From contig JANJGN010000002.1 of assembly GCA_026770705.1 (NCBI GenBank), positions 228,222,001-228,286,000 on the forward strand: a DNA stretch of 64,000 nucleotides, given 5' to 3'. This DNA is from Isurus oxyrinchus (Eukaryota). A program made the position numbers and the translations under genes. The notes beneath the pieces are model-generated. The model made no database searches. It had not been told where the DNA came from and worked only from the letters and a program-made list of their open reading frames with translations. Shown here piece by piece: positions 50,541 through 63,422 of this stretch; positions within the stretch are counted from its first letter, which is position 1; each line of letters begins with the position of its first letter.

Positions 50541-51134
50541 CCTAGCCTGTTTGAAATGAGATCTATCAGACGTCTGCCGGAGAAGGTCCAACATTTCCAT
50601 CTCTCCGTTGACTAGTTATGACTGCTTCTTGAATCTTTAGGGGCTTTTTTGATGTCTGGATAAAAGATTTCTAAAGTAACCCGGTGCAGCATGTCATATG
50701 GCCCTACAGAAGCATCGGGTTTGCATTAGCAACCAGTCATTGAAGTCCTGTGTAAGTACCCAGCACTTTGAACCACTTTCCAGCATTTTAAAATCTAACA
50801 GCCTATTAAATCCATTAGCTACATCTTTGTGAAAGTAGTTGGCAAATTAGACCTTGATCTCTCGGTTCTGACCTATTATAAAGGGACTTTCCTAGCTGAA
50901 CTCTACCCGTTCTAATGAACGGTTGCAGATTGAATGTTGAACCATCTTCTTCGAAACTGTTGTGGATTTCTATAATTCTGTGATTATATATCAGATTTAC
51001 AGCATTCATGTCTTTTTTAAATCCCCTTGATTTTTTGATGAATTGCATCCTTTCATTTACTTTTGGAGTGTTCTAAAGCTTAATAAAAATCACTCCAACT
51101 CTCAGTATTCTCTCTCCAGCACTGGAGGATGGTG

Positions 51135-51588
51135 TCAGCCATGGCTTGGTGGTAGCACGCTTATCTGAGTCAGAAGGTCAGAAGGTTTTCAGTTCAAATC
51201 CCACCCAGAGTTGCAATCTTTTCATTGGAAAGTACTCAGGGAGTGCTGCGCTGCCAGATGTGCTTATTTTCAAATGAGCGGTCAAGTCAAGGTCTTGTCT
51301 ACCCTCTCAGGCAGACATAGAAGATCACATAGCAAGTTTTCAAATAAGAGCAGGGGTGTCATTCCCAGTGCTCTGGCCAATATTTATGCCCCAGCCAACA
51401 TTGCAAAAAAAAAGCAGGTTAACTGACCATTATCACATTGTTGTTTGTGGGAGCTTGCTGTGCACAAGTTGATTGCTGTGTTTCCTACAACCGCAGCTGC
51501 ACTTCAGAAGTATTTAATTCACTGTAAAGCATTTTGTGACACCCTGAGATCATGAAAGGCATGACATAAAGGCAAGTCTTTCTTTCTT
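51135..51588 (+). mobile_element. Near full-length DeuSINE
   Basis: tRNA-like head (tggcttggtggtagc, gttcaaatccc), Deu domain and L2-like tail. Confidence 0.82.
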
Positions 51589-52137
51589 TGACAGCGTATG
51601 CTGTCAGGGTATTCAACTGTTGGTGTAGTGGGATGAGGGAAATAGAGTTGGTGTAAGGTATCCCAAAAAAACCCCATCATTCTTGACCTTACATCCACAA
51701 ATCAACATTTGAGGCAGGAATTACAGGATTATAACATGGAGCAGGCAGCCTAGTCAAGTGTAGTCCTCCTGACTAGTTTTGGAGTCATTGTTTCTAAATG
51801 GATTATGGTCTGATGTCCAAGCTTGAAATAGAAGAAACGAGAGGGAGGCTTTAATATTTAATTGTATGTTCAAAGTGAATTTTGTTGCAATTTTGCAGAG
51901 CTTTCACCATTTTTACCCAGCTTGCTGCGGACCCTTATTTTGTGTTACAACTACATTTCCCAGCGTTGTTTTGCGCATTACCTGAGTTCATAAAAAATAG
52001 CCATCGATTGAAAATACCAGTTAAATTGCTCAATGCAGAGCTCTTAACCTTGAGGTGGCTATGGTAACCTGATACTGGCAAAATAGTACACTTGTCTATT
52101 GGCCTTTATTTCCAGTTATTCCTTTTTTGAGTCCAGA

Positions 52138-52415
52138 AACAGCAGATGGTAGAATTTGAATCCAATAAAAAAATCTAGAATTAAAAGCCTAATGATGACC
52201 ATGAAATCATTGCTGATTGTTGTAAACACCCATCTGGTTCACTAACGTCCTTTAAGGAAGGAAACCTGCTGTCCTTAACTGGTCTGGCCTATGTGTGACT
52301 CCAGACCTACAGCAATGTGGTTCACTTTTAAATACTCTCTGAACGAGGGCAATTAGGGACGGGTAAGAAATGCTCACTGAGCCAGTGATCCCACATCCCA
52401 TGAACGAATAAAAAG
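52138..52415 (+). mobile_element. 5'-truncated SINE sharing head and tail with LINE A (junction variant 1)
   Basis: Body matches 2705-2894; junction ctctgaa|cgagggcaattaggg. Confidence 0.85.
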
Positions 52416-53784
52416 AAATGGATTTATTCATTAACACGTTACCCATTTACTTTAAACATCTCAGCTAAAACAACGTTGGAACATTGGAAAAGGAACGGGT
52501 CATTTCGCCCCTTGAGCCTGCTGTGTCATTCAATAAGATCGTGAACTACCTACACCTTAACTCCATTTATCCACCATTGAACATCCTTCTCGAACAAAAA
52601 TCTATCAACCTCTGTCTAGGATGCTCTAATAGTCCCCCAGCATCCACAGCTTTTTGGAGAGGGAATTCCAGATTTCCATTCCCCTCGATGTGAGGACATG
52701 CTTCCTGGTTTCTTCTAAACAGCCAACTCTGGTTTTAGGATTATGCCCTTCTTGTTCTTGGTTCCCGCTTCAGAGGAAATAGTTTCTCTATGTCTACCCT
52801 TTCAAATTCTTTTATTGTTTTAAATGCCTCAGTGAGATCACCCCTCAATCTCCAATACTCAAAAGAATACAAGCCAAGTTAATACAGCGGCCCTCACAAT
52901 TTAACCCTTGTACTTGAAGAGCTGTCAAAGGCATTTGGGCTGATTTTCAACTTGCTGAAAAGCCAAGATGAAAATTGCATAGTTTTATAACAGGTGGCCA
53001 ATCCATAATGCCAGTTTTATGCCCAGGTGACATGATGAATTATTAATGTTTAACCACCTGTATAACCACAAGTTATGTTTAGGAATTGCTGACAAAATAA
53101 ATCACTCATCATAAAATAGTATTGAAAACAAACAAACAAAAAGTCTTGTTTTAAATTGCCACAAAAGCCTTATTAATCTTCTTCACAAGATGGCTGCTTT
53201 AGGAACTTCTATTGTAATTATTCTGCTCCTTCGGTTAACAGGCAACTCTTCACAATTGGGCTTTGATCCAAAGCAAAAGTAGATCAATATTATTTAGTCT
53301 CATCTGATGAATATTAAATGAAAATCATGCTTTACAGGGAGGTTGGATGCAAACAGAAGTATATAGCACAGAAGGAGACCATTTGACCCACTGGATCCCC
53401 GCTGGTCTTTTGAAAGAGCTACCAAATTAATGTCACTCCCCTGCTTTTTTCCTGTAACCCTGCAAGTGTTTGGGGTATGGTACAAGTGCATCTCATTCAG
53501 AAATCAGATGACAGATTTGAGCAACAGTTGTGAAAATATCAACAGACGGGCCAGTTATCTATTGGCATGTGCTCAGCATATTGATATTTATGTCCATTTA
53601 TGCCAATTTTATGTTAGGATGCATTCTCATGAGATTGGGTGAATACTTGGGCATAACTTGACATCAGCAAAATGGGCATTCATTGTGTTTAACTTAAATA
53701 GGAACATAGGAATATAGGAACAGGAATAGGCCATTCAGCCCATCGAACCTGCTCCACCATTCAATAAAATCACAGCTGATCATC

Positions 53785-55500
53785 CAAGAAATGGCGGAGG
53801 AACTGAACAGGTATTTTGCATCAGTCTTCACAGTGGAAGACATGAGTGACATTCCCAAAGTTCAAGAGAGTCAGGGGGCAGAGGTGAGTACGCTGGCCAT
53901 TACCAAGGAGAAGGTGCTAGGAAAACTGAAAGGTCTGAAGGTGGATAAATCACCTGGACCCAGATGGATTACACCCCAGTGTTCTGAAGGAGGTAGCTGA
54001 AGAGATAGTGGAGGCGTTAGTGGTGATCTTTCAGGAATCACTGGAGTCAGGGAGGGTCCCAGAGAACTGAACAATTGCTAATGTAACACCCTGTATAAGA
54101 AGGGAGTGAGGCAAAAGACGGGAAATTACAGGCCGATTAGCCTGACCTCAATCGTTGGTAAGATTTTAGAGTCCATTATTAAGGATGAGATTTCAGAATA
54201 CTTGGAAGTGCATGGTAAAATCGGGCAAAGTCAGCATGGTTTCATCAAGGGGAGGTCATGCCTGACAAATCTGTTAGAATTCTTTGAGGAGGTAATGAGT
54301 AGGTTAGACATAGGAGAGCCAATGGATGTTATCTACTTGGACTTCCAGAAGGCCTTTGACAAGGTGCCGCACAGGAGGCTGCTCAGTAAGATAAGAGCCC
54401 ATGGTGTTAGAGGCAAGGTACTAGCATGGATAGAAGATTGGCTGTCTGGCAGGAGACAGAGAGTGGGGATAAGGGGGTCCTTCTCAGGATGGCGGCCGGT
54501 GACTAGTGGATTTCTGCAGGGGTCAGTGTTGGGACCACAACTTTTCACTTTATACATTAATGATCTAGATGAAGGAACTGACTGGCTAAGTTTGCAGATG
54601 ATACAAAGATAGGTGGAGGGACAAGTAATATTGAGGAGGTGGGGAGGCAGCAGAAGGATTTGGACAGGTTAGGAGAATGAGCAAGGAAGTGGCAGATGGA
54701 ATGCAACGTGGGGAAGTGTGAGGTCATGCACTTTGGTAGGAAGAATAGAGGCATAGACTATTTTCTAAATGGGGAAAGAATTCAGAAATCTGGAGTGCAA
54801 AGGGACTTGGGATTCCTAGTCCAGGATTCTCTTAAGGTTAACTTGTAGGTTCAGTCGGTAGTTAGGAAGGTATTTATTTTGAGAAGGCTAGAATGTAAAA
54901 GCAGGGATGTGCTGCTGAGGCTTTATAAGGCTCTGGTCAGAGCACATTTAGAATATTGTGAGCAATTTTGGGCCCTGTATCTCAAGAAGGATGTGCTGGC
55001 CCTGGAGAGGGTCCAGAGGAGGTTCACGAGAATGATCCCAGGAATGAAAGGCTTAACATATGAGGAACGTTTGAGGACTCTTGGTCTATACTCGATGGAG
55101 TTTAGAAGGATGAGGGGGGATCTGATTGAAACTTACAGAATACTGAAAGGCCTGGATAGAGTGGACGTGGGGAAGATGTTTCCATTAGTACGAGAGACTA
55201 GGACCCGAGGGCGCAGCCTCAGATTAAAGGGAAGACCTTTTAGAACAGAGATGAGGAGAAACTTATTTAGCCAGAGAGTGGTGAGTCTATGGAATTCAAT
55301 GCCACAGAAGGCTGTGGAGGCCAGGTCATTGAGTGTATTTAAGACCGAGATAGATAGGTTCTTGATTGGTTAGGGGATCAAAGGTTACAGGGACAAGGTG
55401 GGAGAATAGGGTTGAGAAATTTAATAGCCATGATTGAATGGCGGAGCAGACTCGATGGGCCGAATGGCCTAATTTCTGCTCCTATGTCTTATGGTCTCAT
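53785..55500 (+). mobile_element. Relatively young 5'-truncated CR1 (family B) inside an antisense CR1 tail (53700-53784 and 55505-55750)
   Basis: Long ORF pieces 54106-54612 and 54879-55373 with [22 protein letters not shown] and KFADD. Confidence 0.93.
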
Positions 55501-56714
55501 GGTCACTTCAATGCCTTTCTCCCACACTATGCCATATCCCTTTATGCCATTTGTATTTAAAAATCTGTCAATCTCTGCTTTAAGCACACTCAATGACTGA
55601 TCTTCCACAGCCCTCTGGGGTAGAGAATTCCAAAGATTCACAACCTTCTGAGTAAAAATATTTCTCCTCATCTCAGTCCTAAGTGGCTTCCCCCTTAATT
55701 GTGTCCCCTGGTTCTAGACTCCCCAACCAAGGGAAACATCTTACCTGCATTAATTGTGCCCACGAAGGAACCTGCAAGCCCATAAGCCTGGTGAATCAAA
55801 TGGACCTCCTTTCGTCCAAGGAGAGAAGGCATTGATGTCACAGATGCACTTGATTCGGCTGTCACCCAGAGTGAGGAGTGCACGTTTTCGTGAGAGAATG
55901 CATTCAGAATATTGATAATGCCACTGGATACAGTGTCCTGGGAAAATCTGTACGCACCTTCTTTCAGAGGCTCCCAGGAGCCCCCTTCAATGGAGAGACG
56001 AGCACTGAAGGACCCACATGTACCTATCAGCAGAGTTAGTGCTACTGATTTGGGGCATAGTTGGTTCACGTTACATGGCTGAGCGTAACTATGCTGCTGC
56101 CAGCTACGATGCCGCTTGCTGCGTTTGCCAGCCATGCATACAGCACAGAGCTCAGCTTGAATCCTCCGCTACTGTACGAGCCACTGAGCAACATTTTGAC
56201 CCACTGACCCCTTGGGAAATTCCACATTTGTTCACCTTTCTAAGATACATCCTTACATCTTCCGGCTTTGTCAAAACGCATTTGCTGACAGGAGACTTAG
56301 ATAATTACGTTGTAAACAACACTGTTTCTTGTACTGCCACAGCAAACGTTCATGTGCAATCCTTTAAAGGTTCATTGTTGCATTTATTTGGCCACTTTAC
56401 ATAGTTAAAAGGCACATTTGTAACCTCATCTTGATGTGCCTCTGGAACGTACTGTATCCCTTAAGATAAACTCACGCTTCCTTTATCTAATACATTGCAC
56501 ATTTTTGCACATTTACCACGAGGAACAGTCATGTGTGGGCAGAAGTCTGGAGTCACATCCCTATCTAAAGGGGAAGACAGAATTACAAAATTCTAACCGT
56601 AATCCCATTCTCTGTAATCTCATTAATTGTAGCAATGGTCAATGCACAAACCTTCCAATTCACCCCCATTTCTGATTAAGCAGCCGTTTAGCAGTGGGTA
56701 GCTTTCTCGTCTCT

Positions 56715-58045
56715 GGGTGGAATCATCCCAGATTTGCATTAAATGCGTTACGGGCGGATAAAACGATGTGCTACCCACCAGCCCCAATGGTGGCTTCTCA
56801 CCCCATGTTGTCCCAAACCCGCCGCATTGATTAGGCATTCCCTGGAAAACTGTGCTTCAATGGTGGTGATGGGGGGGTGGGGGGCCTCCAATTTTCCAAC
56901 TTGCTCACTGTGCCATCACCTTGCCGCTTCATCATGCTGGGCACCACATTTACAATCCAGCCATGCGCACAGCTCTCCGTGCTTCCAGCCCAGGACTGCT
57001 GCAAATAAGACATGACCCCAGAAGACAACAAGACTGCAGCCCCCAGGTTTAATGATGCTTCCCTCAAGCAACTTTTGGACGCTGTGGACGCCTGCCGTGA
57101 TGTCCTCTGCCCCCACTCTGGCCACAGGAGGGGCAGCTACATTACCACTCCAGCTTGGTGGGCGCTGGCAGTGGTGATCAGTGCCAATGTTGTACAGAAG
57201 AGGTTGGCCATCCAACGCAGATAGAGGATGAAAGATCTCATCTGTGCCGCCAGGGTATGGAAACCATCTCATCACTCTAAACTCACACTCACAAGCCCAT
57301 CACACATTCACTGGCATCTCGCTCACTGCCAGCTCAAGGGACGTCACCACTCACCCCTTCACACACATACCCTACCCTCACACCTCCACCTGCACTCATC
57401 TCCTGGGGAGACTGCCTCCTCAGCCCTCACCACCTTGAAGCCACTTGCACAGATCGACTTGTGCCCCCCCCCCACCCCCCCTACACAAACCATGGGAGAC
57501 CCCCTTCCCCAGTGCAGCCCTCACCCTGCAGCCTCTTCCCTTGCCTGAGAGCCACTTCTCTCCCATCACAAGCAAGCCCCAACCCTGCAGCCATACAACG
57601 CCACCCCGCTGGGCTGGTCTGGTGGATAGAGACCTGCCTGTAACCCCCCCCACCCCCCCCCCCCAACACCCCCACCCCCACCTTCCCCCACCCCCCGGAA
57701 AGTCTGCGAAGCCTGGCGCTGTTGACTGCGAGTGTTGCCTGAAGTAAGGTGGGCAAACACGCCTCAAAGTCCCAAGCGGAGTGAAGCTCGCCAAGTGCAT
57801 ATCACTTATGTGCAGTTATGACGCCGACGTGGGCGGACGATCCAGCTTGGGGGGGGGCGATGAGTCCAGCAGAGTATCCTTATAATGATGTGCAGATGTA
57901 TTACAATGAGGTTCCCAACGTCTGATGGTAAGAGACGTGGCCTGCCATCAATGGGCCGAGCGGACAATCGCAAACCGGTCTCACGATGTCGCGAAGCTGA
58001 GTTTTGACCTTCTCGCCATATTGTCCAGCGGGCACGGGGAAAACC
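56715..58045 (+). mobile_element. Non-autonomous Harbinger derivative with Myb-like exon 1
   Basis: Same family as 17090-18358, inverted; starts gggtggaatcatccc. Confidence 0.8.
57012..57254 (+). pseudogene. Myb/SANT-like (trihelix) domain exon with a premature stop
   Basis: AAPRFNDASLKQLLDAVDACRDVL..AWWALAVVISANVVQKRLAIQRR*RMKDLICAAR|gtatgg. Confidence 0.8.
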
Positions 58046-58175
58046 AGAAGCTTATACGCTCCCAATCCCACTCCGGAGATCCGAGCGGAAAGTTATAAAC
58101 TTCCGTGCAGTGAAACCATATTCAATAAACTATCGCTTCCTTTACCCGTCAGCATTGCCAATTTTGTAAGACTTA

Positions 58176-58304
58176 GGGTGGGACCTTCTGGTCCCGCCCA
58201 CTGCCAGGATCGTCTGGTCCTGCCGAAAGCCAAACGGGCTTTTGGCGGGGCTGCCGCACCTCCTGCGGCGGGTCCTGCCCTAACCGGGCCAGAAAATCCC
58301 AGCC
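58176..58304. mobile_element. 129-bp MITE
   Basis: Homologous to 41036-41164; flanks TTA/TCA. Confidence 0.75.
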
Positions 58305-58329
58305 TCAGACGATGGACTGCTAAATGGAA

Positions 58330-59045
58330 TGGGGTTCCGACTTTTGGGTATGAGGTTAAATCAAGCCCATTTAAGACAGGGATGAGAGGAATTTTTTTCT
58401 CCAAGAGGTTAGCGAGTCTTTGGAGCTCCCTTCCTCAAACGGCAGTGGAAGCAGAGTTTGAATATTTTCAAGGCAGAGGTAGATATGTTCTTGATAAGCG
58501 AGGAGGTGAAGGGTTATCCAGGGTAGGCAAGAGGTTACAGTCAGATCAGCCATGATCTTATTGAATGATGGAGCAGGCTCAAAGGGCCTAGTGGCCTACT
58601 CCTGCTCCTAACTCGTACGTTCAGATGTTAAGGCCCCGTCTCCACTCTCAGGTGGTTGCATCAATTTTATTATATTCTTTTTACAGGATGTGGGCATCAC
58701 TGGAAAGGCCAGCAGCTATTGTCCATTCCTAATTGTCCCAGAGAAGGCGGTGGTGAGCTTTCTTCTTATAGTCTGTGAGGTGAAAATGCTCCCACACTGC
58801 TGTTAAATAAGGCGTTTCAAGATATTGGCCCAGCGATGGTAAAGGAATGGTGACAAATTGAATGGTGTGTAATTTGGAGCCGGTGGTGTTCCTATGCGTT
58901 TGCTGCTCTTGTCCTAGGTGGTAGAAGTCACAGGTTTGGAAGGTGCTATCAAAGGAGCCTTGGTGAGTTGCATCTTGTAGATGGCACACACTGCTGCCAC
59001 TGCATGGAGAGATGTTTAAGGTTATAGATGGGGCACCTGTTAGGC
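58330..59045. mobile_element. CR1 3' fragment (58330-58620 on +) and LINE A 3' fragment (58680-59045 on -)
   Basis: PFKTGMRGIFFSKR plus the CR1 tail; then the reverse complement of the LINE A tail. Confidence 0.8.
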
Positions 59046-59834
59046 ATAAAGGATTAGACTTAGCACCCCTGAAGATGCATGTGGCAGGCAAAGCACATGC
59101 TTATATCTGTTTTCCATAGCTTGCTTTTCCTGGAGCAGGTCACTAACTGGAGACTATAGTTTGAAGGGGCACCACTCCATATCAAGCATAGCTGACCAAG
59201 AGTCTCCCCCATCCTTACAGGCAGCTATAAGCTTACAGGTTAATAATTAACCTGTTTGGCCACGTTATGTTCCTTGGCCACCAAGTCCTGAAGTGGGATC
59301 TGAACCCAGAGCTTCTGGCTCAGAGGCGGGAATGCTACCCACTGTGCCAACAGACCCCCTTACAAAAGACTCTATGGCACTATTTTGAAGAAATGCAGGG
59401 CAGCCCAGGCCAATATTTATCCTTCAAACATCCTCAATAAAAATAGATTTTCTGGTTATCGTCTCGTTGCAGTCCATGGGACCAAATTGGCCGCCATATT
59501 TCCGTTAGTACAAGGTAAAAAAAACTTTGGGTATGAAATGTGTTGGGCGTTCTAATATTCCGAAGATGCTTCCTGAAAGGTCTTTTTCCCTGTGACAGAG
59601 CGAGTTCCTATCTCTGTGCTATTTATTCAACCGCCTTCTGAATCAGTGTGCTCCTGAGTCATGTTGATCTGTCAGGTGCTGGATTCTTCCCTGCCTGTGC
59701 TAAATTAGCTGCTGGCAACTGCAGCAAGGGTGTTGCAATTGGCAGCAATATTCCTGCCCCAGGGGGCAGAAGAATCAGTTTCACTCTAATCACTTTCCGC
59801 CAAGCCGCGCAATTAAGATGGAACTAGAAAATGT

Positions 59835-60210
59835 ATTTTTAAATTCTCAACCTTGAGCTCAAATCCCTCGTTGGCCTCGTTCTTCCCCACGCCTGTAAAG
59901 CCCCTCCAGCTCTACAACCCTTCGAGATTTCTGCACTTCTCCAAATCAAGCCCCCTGCGCAGCCTTGATTTTAATCTCTCCTAGCTGCCTAGGTCTGAAT
60001 TTTTCCTTGAATCTCTCACCCCTCTTCCTTTCTGACACCCTCTGCTTCTATGAAATGCTCCTTAAAACCTACCTCTTCACCCAAGCTTTTGGTCAGCAGC
60101 CCTAATACTGCCTCATGTAGCTCAGTGTCAAATTCTGTGCCATAATGCCTCTGTGAAGAGCCTTGAGGATGTTTTATTATGTCGAGGCACTATATAAATG
60201 CATGTAATTG
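59835..60210 (+). mobile_element. L2-type LINE 3' fragment
   Basis: Matches 27545-27935, including the tail ggcactatataaatgca. Confidence 0.7.
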
Positions 60211-60547
60211 TCATTTAACCCACAGCAGGCTGAGGCTGATCCTCAAGACTAGGCCTCAATGCCTAGAGGGATCAAGGAGGATCAGTGCTATGCCATAACC
60301 ATTGCCGTTGTGAGCTGCTGTGTTTTTACCATGCTGTGATCAGGACAGTCACAATGTGAGCCCATATTATCTTGGACGGTGACCAACCATTGTAATCTGT
60401 CAGATGTATTCCGAGAGTCGTTGGAGAGCACCTGCTTCTCTCAACCTGGACTAGACCAACAACCCATACTCTCAATGATCCTAATTCCATTGACATTCAG
60501 TTTTTTGGGGATTATTTGCCAATTTCCATTACTGATGGGAGTAAACC

Positions 60548-61597
60548 CTCCTAACATTAGCCCTCATACACTTACTTCATAACTTACTTCGTAACATTAC
60601 ACATGACTTCAACAGGTAGAATAAATGGAGTTTGAGGTGAGGGGGATACTTAAAGTCTTTAGAGTCCCAAGGCAAATTCCAATCCCCATTAAAAGATCTT
60701 TCCCAATTTTCTGCCCACCTGACCAATCCATTGATATCTTCCAATAGTCTACAGCTTGCCTCCTCACTTTCAGGCACACGGACAATTTTTGTATCTACAA
60801 ACGTTTTAAGTGAGCCTCTACATTTAAGTTTAAATCATTAATATGCACCACAAAAAGCAAGGGTCCCATTACTGAGCCCTGCAGAACCGCAGTGGAATCA
60901 ACCTTCCAGTCACAAACGTATCTGTCGACCATCACCTTCTGCTTCCTGCCACTGAGGCACTTTCGGATCCAACTTTACCACGTTCCCATGGCTCCCATGA
61001 GCTTTTACTTTTCTGTTCAGTCAGCCATGCAGGACCTTGCTAACGCCGTGCTAAAATCCGTGTAGACTACATCAAACATGCTCCCCTCATCGACCCTCCT
61101 TGTCGTCCTCTCAAAAATTCCAATCAAGTCGGTCGGACAAGATATTCCCTTAACAAATCCATGCTGACTGTCTTTGATTAATCTGTGCCTTTCTAAATGA
61201 AGATCTTTCCTGCTTCTCAGGTTTTTTTCCAATAATTTTCCCATCACTGAGTTTAGGCTTACTAGCCTGTAATAATCTGGACTCTCTCTTCTTCCCTTTT
61301 TAAACAATGGCACAACATTTAGCCATCCTCCAATCCTCCAGCACCACACCCGTAGCCAGAGAGGATTGGAAAATGATGGAAAGTGAGGACGAAAGCTGTA
61401 GACTATAGGAGGATATCAATGGATTGGTCAGGTGGGCAGAAAAGTGGGAAAGATCGTTTAATGGGGATTGGAATTTGCCTTGGGACTCTAAAGACTTTAA
61501 GCACTCCCTCACCTCAAACTCCATTTATTCTACCTGTTGAAGTCATGTGTAATGTCAAGAAGTAAGTCATGAAGTGTATGAGGGCTAACGTTAGGAG
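60548..61597. repeat. ~220-bp inverted duplication (60548-60771 and 61379-61597) around an antisense CR1 RT fragment
   Basis: The arms align by eye with high identity. The spacer encodes YYRLVSLNSVMGKLLE..SQHGFVKG on the minus strand. Confidence 0.9.
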
Positions 61598-61724
61598 CCT
61601 CTGTTATTCCCTCCCTTGTTTCTCTTAGCCACCCGGGTTACCTCTCATTCGGGCCTAGTGATTAATCGACTTGTCAGTTTGACAGGTCCAATCCTGTCAA
61701 AATTAGCAAGGAACAGATTACTGG

Positions 61725-62565
61725 AAGCTATGGTATGGTCATGCAGTGGTTATGCTCCTGGACAAATAATCCAGAGGTCTGGACTAGTGACCTAGTAGGA
61801 CAGGAGTCAAAATCCTATCATGGAAGTTTCAGAATTTGAATTTATTTTAAAACACTCTGGGATTAAATAGTTGGTACCAGCAAAGAATGACCGCGAAGCT
61901 GCCCGATTGTTGTACAAACCCATTTAGTTCATCAGCGTCCCTTAGGGAAGGAAATCTGCCATCATCAGCCAGTCTGGCCTAAAAGTGCCCCCTGGACCAC
62001 CACAATGTGGTAAAAGCAAAAACAGAAACAGAAATACCTGGAAAAACTCAGCAGGTCTGGCAGCCTCGGCGGAGGAGAGCACAGCTGACTTTTCGAGTTC
62101 TCATGACCCTTCAACAGAACTAAGTAAAAATAGGAAAGGAGCGAAATATAAGCTGGACTAGACACTTTACAGCCTTCCGGACCTAATATTGAGTTCAACA
62201 ATTTTAGATCTTGAACTCTCTCCTCAATCCCCACCCCCTTTCTCTTTCTTCCTCCTTTTTTTGTTTTTTCCAATAATTTATATAGATTTTTCTTTTCCCA
62301 CCTATTTCCATTATTCTTAAATGTATTTCCACCCATCGTTTATCTCTACCTTTTAGCACTTTTAGTATTCGCCACCCCACCCCCACTAGGGCTATCTGTA
62401 CCTTATCTGTCCTGCTTTCCACTCTTAATTAGCACATTCCTTTAGATAATATCACCACCTTCAACACCTCTTTGGCCTTTTGTCTGTGACTTCTTTTGGT
62501 TATCACCACAACGTGGTGCTCTCTAAGCTGCTCTCTGAAGTGGACTACCAAGCTGCTCAGTTGAA
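61725..62565 (+). mobile_element. LINE A-head SINE interrupted by a Penelope foldback fragment (62012-62503)
   Basis: TSD caccacaatgtggt at 61998-62011 and caccacaacgtggt at 62504-62517; the insert matches pieces of 28787-29340. Confidence 0.82.
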
Positions 62566-63422
62566 CTGGTCCACGACGAAGCATATCGCACAGAATGGAA
62601 AGATCCAGGAAGACATTCCATCTTCCGAAAGAAACCATGGATGGCAGTAGCTGTTCGTTTTGCCAATGATCTCCCATTCCAAGAACAAATATTAAAAGAA
62701 AGATGTAGCCTTGTTTAAAGTGCTTTCTCGGTCATGTCACTCCATCTACTTCCACTGACACCATGCAAGTGTGAGCAGTGGAGACATTTGCCTCCATGCA
62801 ATTCTGTCTCCTTCTTCTTAAAAACCTGAGCTTAGATTTCAGCTGAGACTTCACTGAGCTCTGTTAGAGAATGAATCCTTGCAGCCACCCTGCCTTTCAG
62901 ACAGAGGCAGCCAAATGCGATAAAGAGTAGGTTGGGCAATTGAGTGTCACAGCCTGTTTCTCCTCACATGTGCAACTATTTATTTTTTGCTTCTGACCAG
63001 CGTATGGCTCATATTCCTGCAAAGAAGTGGTTCTTGTTTCAAAGTGCACAGCCTTATGATAGGCAAAACCAAACCTTTCAATATCATGCTCGCAACTGTA
63101 CTGAATTAATCATGAAGCTTTGAGTCCAGGGATGATTGAGAAGAACACTCAGATAGTTTTAAGGCCGGGTGTTTTGGAAAGATCTCTTATATTTTACAGC
63201 GATAATAAGTTAAAACATTCCTCGGTCTTAAAGGGGGTGTGAGGTGGAGGCATGTGGATGGGTGATCAGCCGCTGGCATTGAAATCACTCAGTTATCATC
63301 GGTCATTTCCTCCTTTTTCTCTGCTTGGCCTTGGTTTTAACTCCCTCCACCTGGCAGAAACTCAGGCTGGGGTTGTAGCAGGTGAGGGGGTAGTCGAGGG
63401 GGAGGAGGTGGTGGCTGAGAAA

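Noticed and set aside
50883-50892. NF-kB-like sites (GGGACTTTCC here; also at 1468 and ~41382)
   Set aside because: A few matches to this degenerate 10-mer are expected by chance in 64 kb, and they are not clustered.
55695-56135. 146-aa minus-strand ORF as a whole gene or Harbinger transposase
   Set aside because: It has no DDE motifs and its C-terminus runs into CR1 sequence. Only the short exon-like core is kept as a finding.
57420-57800. Pro/Gly-rich overlapping ORFs and G4-like C tracts
   Set aside because: Low-complexity tracts inside the Harbinger derivative's intron.
58004-58555. 183-aa ORF
   Set aside because: A chimera of a Harbinger end, a GC-rich MITE and a CR1 3' fragment.
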